Below are positions 53,577 to 64,000 of a DNA stretch of 64,000 nucleotides, piece by piece. Position 1 is the stretch's first letter; every line of letters begins with the position of its first letter. The stretch is from Chiloscyllium plagiosum. Taxonomy: Eukaryota. The stretch is from contig NC_057719.1 in NCBI RefSeq assembly GCF_004010195.1, forward strand, positions 63,174,478 to 63,238,477, in the 5' to 3' direction. The notes under the pieces are model-generated. The model was given only the letters and a program-made list of their open reading frames with translations. It was not told where the DNA came from and did no database searches. The translations under genes and the position numbers were made by a program.

Positions 53577-54005
53577 GGATTTGGAGGTGCCGATGTTGGA
53601 CTGGGGCCTCCCCTTTAGAAGTAGAATTGACTCAACCTTGGTACAGACTTTACTTTCACACATTTAATGCATTGTCTGAGCTGAGATGATACCTATTATT
53701 AGATAAGCTGACATCACCTTGAGAATGTAATTCTGGGATTGACATATTAAAGAACCTAAACCACCATATCCCGTTCTTAAAGATTAAAGACTCAATCCAA
53801 ATTTGTTTAAGAACTTGGTGGTATGTGATTTTTAACTAAAGTTGTTTAACATATCATTACAACTCCATGACACTGTAACCCTTTTGCTATAAATTCTGTG
53901 TTGTATGGTCATGTTCCACAACCACCTTATGAAGAGGCAGCGCCTCGAAAGCTAGTGCTTCCAAACAAACCTGTTGGAATATAACCTGGTGTTGTGTGAA
54001 TTTTA
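53577..54005 (+). mobile_element. PLE 3' region (second family) with short inverted terminus at its left end
   Basis: gaaagctagtgcttccaa..aaacctgttgga tail; ggaggtgccgatgttggactgggg inverted piece. Confidence 0.7.
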
Positions 54006-55345
54006 GCAATGCCAGGAGCAGCACACTGCGAGCATCGGCCGAGCAGTGAGGAACGTTCTTCATTAGGTGCAGCAAGTTAAGGAGGATCAAAGCTTGTTAA
54101 ACACCTTATCAATGATGCGACTCACCTTACTAACATTCATCTCCCTGCCTTTACCGAGCAAGACAGTCCCAAAAAATCTCAACCTGGAAATTTCAGGTTA
54201 CCACTGACTGCGCACAGCCTCCGCGTTTGCTCAGCACTGAACAGTATCTCCCCAGGGCACCAGCCTCCCACCAATATTGCCATCCAACTCCCTCACCAAC
54301 TCTTTGCCACAGACTTGCATTTCAATGCTCACCTGCAACTAATGTTGAAAGGATGCTATAAGGGCACTTTGTGCACTAGCTTAAAGGTTGGATCAAACTG
54401 CCTCTCAGGTCTGCTCTCTCACCCCCGACTTACTTGATGCTCATGGAATCACAGACTCCCTACAGTGCGGATACAGGCCATTCGGCCCATTGGGTCTGCA
54501 CCAACCCTCTGAAGGGCATCTTTGCTTTGTCATGGCAGTTAGTAAAGTGAGACAGCAGGCACATTTGCCATGATGCTCAGTAGACCTCAGTCTAAGGTGG
54601 GGGTGTCCTCTGTCAATCTCACATCTGTACAATGTGACAGCAGTTTAGACAGGAAACACACTGCATGCGCTGTGAACAGGCATGTCTCAAAGACTTCGGG
54701 GAATAGACCTCGTAAATGACTCAGCTACAGTATCTCAAGGATTGCCTCCAATGCCAGTCTAGGGGAAATGTATGAGGAAAGAGAGCTGGATGTCTGGGCC
54801 TCGTCACCACATAGTGGTGGAGACTGAAAACCACTAGCTGGAGTACTCACTCAGTTAAGTACTAGGTTAGTCATTGTGCTGAAACTCAGAAGTACACAAA
54901 TTGGAAGTTAAACTGGTGCATGGGCTCCACCAGTCCTCCGAGTGCCAGTGATTTGGGACATTGCATCCTCAGCCAGTTGTGGAGCTGTCAAAGTGAGGTG
55001 TTCACCAGATTGTGGTGCCACACACAAAGCTAACATTCCTACTGAGGTGTCTCTATCTGAGTTGGTGGGGTGGATGGTGAAGGAGACAGCCTTAGTGATG
55101 CTACCTCTGAATGCTCGGAAGTGGCTTCTGGCGGGGCGTTAATGTTTCTCTGTGGAGATGGTGGCACTCCAAGAGAAAAGTGAGAGTAGACATTGCAGGC
55201 AGTGATTAGAAGTGGTGTGCAGTGATGGAGAGCGAGAGCAGGGTTAATGTGAGAGATGCAGTGCAATGAAGAGTGGGTACTTAATAGAGAAATGGATTTC
55301 CCAGCATCCCTCCAGCAAGAACATTCCTGGTCCTCTCTTGCGAGG

Positions 55346-55730
55346 TGAAAATGTGTTGCTGGAAAAGCGCAGCAGGTCAGGCAGCATCCAAGGAGCAGGA
55401 GAATCGACATTTTGGGCATAAGCCCTTCTTCAGGAAGACAGCCTTAGTGAAGAAGGGCTTAAGCCCTTCTTCAGGCTTATGCCCTAAACGTCGATTTTCC
55501 TGCTCCTTGGATGCTGCCTGACCTGCTGCGCAGCAGGTCAGGCAGCATCCAAGGGGCAGGGGGATCGACATTTTGGGCATAAGCCCTTCTTCAGGAAGGG
55601 CTTAAGCCCTTCTTCAGGCTTATGCCCTAAACGTCGATTCTCCTGCTCCTTGGATGCTGCCTGACCTGCTGCGCTTTTCCAGCAACACATTTTCAGCTCT
55701 GATCTCTAGCATCTGCAGTCCTCACTTTCT
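55346..55730. mobile_element. Four alternating PLE termini (-,+,-,+) with 14-bp TSD CCTCTCTTGCGAGG
   Basis: TSD at 55332-55345 and 55731-55744. Confidence 0.9.
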
Positions 55731-56216
55731 CCTCTCTTGCGAGGACCAGGATTCAGACCTCATGAAAGTTGAGGAGTGAAATATCAGGCACATCTTCATC
55801 ACTGCCTAGCTCTTTCTACTCTATTTCTGTGTTCTCCTGTAATAAAGGAAAGAGATGGATTGAATGAACAGAAAGTGGGTGTCACAGCTGTTAGTGCAGG
55901 TGGGGGTAAAGGTGTTCAGAGGGAGTGAGTTGGCATCACACAGTGGACACATAGGGCTAGTGGTGTGGGAGGTTGGCAAGGGATAAGGGCAAGTGTTGCA
56001 GGCAATAGTGAGAGTTGTAGAGCATGAGCCTGGGGAGAGGTGGCTTCAGTGCGTGTGGCAGAGTGAGTGTAAGATGGCAAAGAGAAATGTTTGGCACTTA
56101 GCTTGTCACAACTTCGATGGTCATTGACCTTTTCACAGCACTGCTGCGGCTGTTCCTCCAGACCATTGAGACTGCACTGACCCAAGTGGTGACCTTAGAC
56201 GTTGTTGGCAGAGTTG

Positions 56217-56842
56217 AAGGAGAGGCTGAACAGGCTGGGGCTGTTTTCCCTGGACTGTCGGAGGCTGAGGGGTGACCTTATAGAGGTTTACAAAATCATG
56301 AGGGGCACTGATAGGATAGAACATAGAACATAGAAGAATACAGCACAGTACAGGCCCTTTGGCCCTCGATGTTGTGCCGATCCAAGCCCACCCAACCTAC
56401 ACTAGCCCACTATCCTCCATATGCCTATCCCCCAATGCCCGCTTAAATGCCCATAATGAGGTAGAGTCCACCACTGCTACTGGCAGGGCATTCCATGAAC
56501 TCACGATAAATAGACAAAGTGTTTTCCCTGGGGTCGGGGAGTCCAGAACTAGAGGGCATAGGTTTAGGGTGAGAGGGGAAAGATATAAAAGAGACCTAAG
56601 GGCAACTTTTTCACACAGAGGGTGGTATGTGGATGGAATGAGCTGCCAGAGGAAGTGGTGGAGGCTGGTACAACTGCAACATTTAAAAGGCATTTGGATG
56701 GGTATATGAATAGAAAGGGTTTGGAGGGATATGGCCTGGTGCTGGCAGATGGGACTAGGTTCGGTTGGGATATCTGGTTGGCATGGACTGGTTGGACCGA
56801 TGGGTCTGTTTCCGTGCTGTACATCTCTATGACTCAATGACT
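56217..56842 (+). mobile_element. CR1 3' end with nested antisense CR1 tail (about 56318-56503)
   Basis: gataggata|...|gataaatagac is split by an (ACATAGA)n-tailed fragment. Confidence 0.88.
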
Positions 56843-59107
56843 CTGCCAGTCCTCAGGGAAGGGGACAGCCTTCCTTTGCACCACCCCATCCATTAGGATC
56901 TCCAGGTCCATGTTGCCTATTTCCTCTCCCCTGACATTTTCAGAATCTCTCTGACACAGAGCAGGACAGCTTTGGAATGTCAGTGCAACAACCTATCAAT
57001 TAAAGCGGGGGCACCAGGGATACTGGTCTTTCCGCAGATAACTGGTGAGTGGTGAGTTGCTCATGTTAAATGGGGCTAGAATCAGACTGGGAGGATGTCA
57101 GAGAGTTGCATTAATGAGGTGAATTTGGTAAAATATGGCAAGGAGTCTCACTTGGCCTCATGGCTAGATTCCCTCCAAATAAAACAACACAACTTGCACT
57201 TAGCCAGAAAAATGGAAGATTCAGTCTCTTAGGTTTATGTTTGTAAGATGTTGTTCACTATTCCAGAGGAGAAGATTCCCATGAATGTTACCAAATAGCC
57301 CTTGTAATTTCAATAAGCCTTAATTATGCTTTAAGCGTCCCAGATATTCTAAGGATACAGGATTTCTCTCTTCGGAAAATACACATCCAAAAGTATCTTG
57401 CAATATTCCTGGGGATATGAAGTGTTATGCAAATGTTAGTTTTCATTTATTTATTTTCACACTCCAGACACCACATTTGATTACAAATGTAAAACAATCT
57501 TATTTTCAGGTGCATTCACTTTTTTGCAATTAGACTTTCTGACCATAAACTTTCAGCCAGCAGAGTTGGCTGAATAGTTGCACGATATTCCATTCTCGAT
57601 TATGCCCGACAATAATCTCATTATTCTGAAGTATGTGTTGATTCAAACAACATGATATTGAATTAAAGAAATTAAATCTCTGTTTCATTAGCAGTTCAAG
57701 TCACTTCCATTTCATCCTAACCCCTTATTCCTTAACCCATCAGGAGAGGAGTCACTGTCCTCACATCCAGTGTGATTCTGAACTGATCAGCTTTCTCAAA
57801 CATGTAGAAACCAGCTGGTGCTGCATTTCAAAGTTATGGTTCATTATTTAATGTGAAAAAATTGCAAGGCATAAAATAAACCATTGTTACTAATGGCAAT
57901 GCACATCAACATCTTGAACAAATGCTTTTATGTCAAATAAACCTTAATTGAGAACTGTTATGTCAGGAGTACTTTGAATTAAAGAGGAATTGTACTGAGT
58001 TGGTCTCCAATTTACATCCTTTATTGATCAATTTATGTCATTCTGCCAGACGGATTGCTAATTCATTACCTTGTCATTTGATGGGTACAGAATGGTGCTG
58101 GCTCCTAACAACAAGCAATGTGTTGAATTAACTCAAAAGTTGTTTTTCTTCAACCTTTTCAATCTTTATTTAGCATATAATCTTTCTAATTTGATGATAT
58201 CCAATGAACTGATCAAAGGATGTGTTCCTGTTGATTTCATGTATTATCTGCTGAAGCTCTTAAAAGTAGTGCTCTAGCATCCTTGTGAAATAAGTACTTT
58301 CTGTGCACGCTCTGAAATCTGTCGACACTGATCAAGCACTCCCACGTGACTTTATGCGAAGGGTTTTGATTAGAAAAACTCAATGATGGTAAGCAGCATA
58401 ACTTAGGCAGTGACACATGTTTTAACATTTTCTCTGGTACCAACCAGTTTGGCTATGTCTAGGGACAACAAATCCAATTTAGCAGCACATTTCAGATTAA
58501 AATTTACCTTATCGAGTTAAAAGCATGAGAGAACCAGGCATTCAACCATGATTTAAAATGAGACAATTTTAATAAGATTAAGACAAATTGGTGTTACATC
58601 CCACAGTTATGTCTGGAAGATTCATTTGGCTTTCTTCATGCATAATGTTCAGATGCTACACCTTTTGTAGTTTATATTCAGGACAAATCATTACCGAGGT
58701 CAATTCATCTTGTTAGCTACATCAGTAAAAGAGTCAATAAATTTTACTCATGTGCAGTAATGTTCCTTCACACTATTAGACAGGATGCAAGCTTGATTTT
58801 ATCTGATTACTGATCTTTCACTCACTTCTACTCTCTAACTTCTGCAGGTCAATCTTGCTTTCTACTTGATAAACAAGTATTGGTGAGGTCACTGCTCCTC
58901 TGAATGTACTTCTGCTGTTCCTTCAAAGCTCTCAGTATTCCATGAATGCAATCTTTCCTCACCCTCAACCTTTCGGATTTTTCAACTTGACTGCAATGGT
59001 GTAAAATAGACAATATTGGATTGACTTCACTTAACTTTCATTAAAGGGCATTGAGCTGAGGTATGATTCCACGAGGTATGATTTGGTATTAGCTGCATTA
59101 TAATCCA

Positions 59108-59258
59108 GTTAAAAATCACACAACACCAGGTTATAGTCCAACAGGTTTAATTGGAAGCACACTAGCTTTCGGAGCGACGCTCCTTCATCAGGTGGTAGTC
59201 ACCTGGTGTTGTGTGATTTTTAACTTTGTACACCCCAGTCCAACACTGGCATCTCCGA
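59108..59258. mobile_element. Inverted pair of PLE termini (second family), 11-bp TSD ATTATAATCCA
   Basis: TSD at 59097-59107 and 59259-59269. Confidence 0.88.
59163..59191 (-). ncRNA. Minimal hammerhead ribozyme core in PLE terminus
   Basis: CUGAUGA-A-GGAGC(GUC)GCUCC-GAAA-GCUA. Confidence 0.7.
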
Positions 59259-59589
59259 ATTATAATCCAATGGGTTTGAGAGTCATCCTTACCACAGCCA
59301 GCACAATACCTCCCCCAGATCATAGATCAGCAAGACAAAGTACATTTGCTTTCCCAAGTGTTTTCTTTTTTTTAGAATTTTAAAATCCAAACCATTTGGC
59401 TACGACTTTTAACTTTATCTCATCTCACAAAAAAAAGCACAATAATACTTGTTTATTTGTTGCAGTACAGTCAGTTGAATCTTGAATGTAAAAACGGTTA
59501 TGTCTTTGCACAGGTGATATATGCTTAATTCCTTAAACATTATCGTCCTATAGATTTTCAAAAAGACCTTAATTCAAAAGACCTTAATT

Positions 59590-59845
59590 CCCCTTGTGGG
59601 AGAGTCGAGGACCGGAGAGCAAAATCTCAGAATATCATCTGTCAAATTCTTTATTACAGAGGGATGGCGAAGCTGATTCAGTAAATATATTCAAGATTGT
59701 GAAAGATATATGTCTAATCAGGAAGGGAATCAACGGCTGTGGGGAAAAGGCAGGTAAATGGATTTTGAGGATTATAAGATCAGTCATGATCTCACTGAAT
59801 GGCAGAGCAGACTGGATGGGCTGAGTGGCCTGCTTCTGTTCCTAT
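59590..59845 (+). mobile_element. CR1 3' end fragment, old
   Basis: gatcagtcatgatctcactgaatggcagagcagac 3' UTR motif. Confidence 0.7.
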
Positions 59846-62293
59846 TGTCAAATCAAAGGGCTGTGAACTGGATAGAAGACAGACAGAAACATCAGGCAGG
59901 ATTTGATGGAAGGTAAAACACGCCTTGATGACTTTAGTTCAGCTGGAAGTTTTCATCACATCAGGCTCAGTAATAATAAAAAGCAAGTGGATATCACCCT
60001 CCCACCTGAAATTCTCACCAATTTGAAGTGACCAAGTAACAAGCTAAATACCTACCTGAGGGCAAGATGGTTTTGCAGTGGACGAGTAATCCAACCCCCA
60101 GAGTGATATTTTGGAAACATGGATTCAAATCCCACTATGGCAGATAGTGATATTTGAAATGAGAGACATATTTGTGTGCAGTTTTCTGATGCCTGCTGCA
60201 TTTTCAGATGGGAAAGTTTGGGAGTATTTTACAGCAGCTAAACAGTGATAGAAGAATGTAAAGCAGGGTTTCCAACAGGACCATGGTGGAGAGCAGCAGA
60301 GGCTGCTACTGATCTTTGAGCTCACATTGAATTTTTTGAGCTTTCCAGATGAAACAGAACACATTCAGAGAGCTGGCAGCCTTCACAACATCCTTTTCAT
60401 GACATAGTCCCTCAGTTGCAGGACATTCAGACTTCAGACTGAATGCAGAACTCCCCTTCACAGAGTTAACTAGCTGCTCTCCAGGCAAAGGATGTCTGAT
60501 TGTTGCTTGAGTTATCCAACTGGGATGGCAGAGATGGGAGCAAATTGGAGTACTCAATTTCCATTCCATCTCCCTGAACCAATTCCACCCTCAACCCCAC
60601 CACCCCACCATAAAGACCATTAAATCCAGTCCACAAATCATTCACTGTGGCAACACAGGCTTGAATACCGTGCAAAACGAAGGGATGGGTTCCTGCAAGT
60701 TGAAGGTTCGTGTTCTTCAATTTACGTGGGTCAACCAGTAATTCTTGCATACGTTCTGGTTGACTGATAGAGCTTGCATGATGACCTCTGTCTTGGCAAT
60801 AAGGGGTATCTGAAACAGACTTTGAGAAGTATGAACACAGTTCTTATTGAGACTACTAACCAAGTCAAAGAACTGTAAATAATGCGACATAAATATACAT
60901 GCCTAAACCAAAAATGCAGAAGCAAAGGAAAGGAGATTGGAAATAACACAGCAATACAGGTATATCTTTTTCAATAGTTAGGGTTAAGGCATAATTGTAA
61001 TCAGTACAGAATGATCTGGTACAATATACTGTAATAGACATTAAGTGGAAATTAATTACTTTCCTACAACCTACAAAATGATTATAAAATTAATTGAAAC
61101 AAAATATGGAAAGGTGCTATAGACTACATTTTGACAGCTTGTGTAAAACTTCAATCACCAGTCTCTAATGATAGAAGAGATTACCGTTTTTTTGTTTCTA
61201 CTGCCTTGAGTTGTATTCCCACAGTGACATGTTTCTGGCCTCACAATTGATTCTGAATTACTTTCTTCATTGAACCATGTCATGTATCCAACCATGCTCC
61301 ACTGGCTATCACATTGATACAGCTAAAGAGGTTAACAAGATTAAAAATAGCCCTCCACTGAGATCTAGCAACCTTTTGCTTTCAAATAGGATGTTCGCCA
61401 TGATGGGAAAATCGATAATGAATGAGTTCAGATCAATAGAAAGAGATAAGCTGAATCTGAGGAAATATCATGGGAAGAATTGAAAGTGATGTTTGCAGTG
61501 GAAGTTCAATTTTCTTTGACATTTTTCTTTGAGGACCATCTCTGACTGACACACTCTCTCCTCCCTCCACCACCAGTGTCCATTAAAACAGCTCTTACAA
61601 TTTCCATTGGTATTCCTCTATCCTTCATGTCCTAATTTATTAAATGTGTATATGCATGACATAATTCTCATACCAGTGCAGAAAGTAAAACATAATACAC
61701 AAGGCAAAGAAATTACACACTGATTTGACACCTCTTTCAATCAAAATGTAAATGAAAAGATTTTGTTTAAAATGATTACTTTTTTAAAGTCAAATACAAT
61801 TGGCATTGCAAAGCTAAGATGAAAAATGTGAACCTCTGCATTTACGTATTTGCTTTAGACTTCAGTGAGCAACTATTACATTATAACAATTGGATGTCGT
61901 TAAAATGGATATGTAGCAAACAGGAACAAAAAAAGACTGACGCGTCCAATCAGCTAACGTATGTCTCATCCTTCTGGTTTTTATATTCACTGTCCTTCAA
62001 AGGCATTCTAACAATCTATTTCATTGATCTTTCCTCGCTGCAAAAAAAACATACTTATAGATATCAGTGAATATCAGTGGATTTGTCTTGTTCTTCACTT
62101 TGTTAAGAGTGTTTCTTTGAAAGCTAGCTCTTATGGCTTAGTAAAGCTTTGAATGCCTTTGTTGTCTTTTGGCATCACCTGCATATAAAGCTAGAAAAGC
62201 CAGAAATAACAATAAAGTTGATTGTAAAATATAAATAGCTACAATCATCCATGCCTGTTATATGGGATGATATATCACTCAAAATCTCATGCT

Positions 62294-62590
62294 GTCCAAA
62301 ATATGTGTAGGTTAGGTGGATTAGCCATGCTACATTGCACATGGTGTCCAGGGATGTGTAGGTTAGGTGAATTGGCCATGCTAAATTGCCCATTGTGTCC
62401 AGGGATGTGTAGGTTAAGTGGATGAGCCATGCTAAATTGCCCATAGTGTCCAGGGATGTGTAGGTTAGTGATGGAATATGCAGTGTTGTAGGAATAGTAT
62501 AGGGGGGATGGGATGCTCTTTGGAGGACTATTGTGGACTTGATGGGCTAAATGGCCTGCTCCAACACCATAGGCATTCTGTGATTCTATA
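62294..62590 (+). mobile_element. HE1 SINE 3' half with about 3.4 tandem copies of a 51-bp internal unit (62294-62468)
   Basis: Unit GTCCAGGGATGTGTAGGTTAGGTGAATTGGCCATGCTAAATTGCCCATTGT. Confidence 0.85.
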
Positions 62591-63711
62591 ATTCAAGTTT
62601 TTTTTTAATGATCTTTCATGAGATGTCAGTGTCATTAGCAAGAGCAGTATCAGTTGCTCATCCATGTTTGCCCTTAAATTGGTTAGTTTGTTCAGACATT
62701 TCAGAGCCAGTTATGTTATGTAATCCAGCTTAGGTCAGGCTTTACCAAGTAAGGCTGAATTCCTTCCCTAAAGAATGATAGATCTCATGATCACCACCGC
62801 TGAAACGTGATTTATACTCTAACTTATTAATTACATTTGAATACTGTCAATTGTTACAGTGGGATTTGAACCCACCCTGAAAGAATAATAACTCAGGCCT
62901 CTTGAGTAGAAGTCTAGTGACATTACTATTATCTCCCTATAGCTTCTTTGCCCCCTTTTCTGACAATGCTTAGCAAAAAGAACTCTTCTCCAGTCCTGGT
63001 CAGATCCCGTCCCTCATATCTTTTCCTGGTACATTGTATTCGAACTATTTTCAGTTCGACCTCTGGATTCAAGATTGAAAATCTTGCATACTAGGTTGCC
63101 ATTGCATAATTAAAGTACAATAAGCACTGGAGCTTACAATTATCAAAAGGTAGCAGTAACTCACACTAGTTAGATTGAAAATACTTCTACTGGAGTCACA
63201 CCATTCAGGTCATTTTACAACCTGCAGAACCTGAACAGAAAATTACCTTTCTCTCCCATGCCAGGACTCAAACATGATTAGATTTTGCATTCATGAGGAG
63301 AAGCATCGTAATCTGTTTAAAGGATTGAAATGAACAGGTATCAGAAGGGGATAAAAGTAGAGGGCTTTGGAGAGAACTGAAGTACAATCATGTAGAATAA
63401 TCAATAGGAGACTTTTGAAATTGGGACTAGAGATGACAAATCAAATACTGCCATTGAGGAAGGCAGATCCAGTGGGGGGGGGTTAGAATTGATACTGGTG
63501 TGAAGTGGATCATGCTGGTAGCCTGCCTGTAGAGCCGGATCTTAGGTAATGGGGATATCTTAAAATTCAATTCTGCTGCAGCAATCCCACAGATCTTGCT
63601 ATGAATAATGGGACACAGATATCAGCATGAAAAATTCCTTAGCGCACACAACACCCAAAACTATAAGGCTCACTGGTTCTGAAAAAAGAATGTTTCTATA
63701 CATAAAAGAAA

Positions 63712-63853
63712 ACATACACACACACACACGTACACACACACATGCACACACATGCACACATACATACATACACAGACACATACACACACACATACATACA
63801 TACATATGCACACACATACACACACCGGCACACACATACACACCATACACACA
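63712..63853. repeat. Imperfect (CA)n/(CATA)n microsatellite
   Basis: Directly visible. Confidence 0.97.
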
Positions 63854-64000
63854 CAAAGGAAATGTGATGGAATCCATAACAGATAATTCAGGAAACACTC
63901 AACAGGTCAGGCATCATTTCTGTAGCAACAAGGCAAGTTCATATTTCAGAGACAAAACCAGAAATTGCTGGAAAAGCTCAGCAGGTCTGGCAGCATCTGT

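Larger units (their letters stand above)
55300..56935 (-). mobile_element. Harbinger-type Myb/SANT-like ORF relic (two exons), interrupted by CR1 and PLE insertions
   Basis: Minus strand DLEILMDGVVQRKAVPFP (56850-56910) and QQCCEKVND (about 56140); strong acceptor near 55838 followed by DVPDISLLNFHE. Confidence 0.6.

Noticed and set aside
58848..58882. Plus-strand micro-exon with good splice sites; similar candidates near 22262-22431 (+) and 30940-30987 (-)
   Set aside because: No recognisable protein and no consistent partner exons; such matches are expected by chance.

Overview
This is repeat-dense vertebrate DNA, almost certainly from a shark. HE1 SINEs, HER1/CR1 LINEs and Deu-domain SINEs point to an elasmobranch; a bamboo-shark-like genome is a guess. 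No host protein-coding gene could be identified with confidence, and most ORFs in the track are fragments or antisense shadows of retroelements. The window is a stack of nested, decayed mobile elements: several CR1 subfamilies, Penelope-like elements (PLEs, RT plus GIY-YIG) whose termini carry minimal hammerhead-ribozyme cores and form small palindromic insertions with target-site duplications (TSDs), Gypsy gag/pro/RT relics, a Tx1-like LINE, a Harbinger Myb/SANT relic and two TA-flanked Tc1/mariner-type MITEs. There are three N gaps. The most interesting signal, not captured as an ORF, is a degraded integrase-end / splice-acceptor / env-like cassette at about 40.5-42.3 kb, suggesting an env-bearing endogenous retrovirus or LTR element with a class I fusion-type glycoprotein. 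All family assignments are from motif recognition by eye, not database searches, and most boundaries are approximate.
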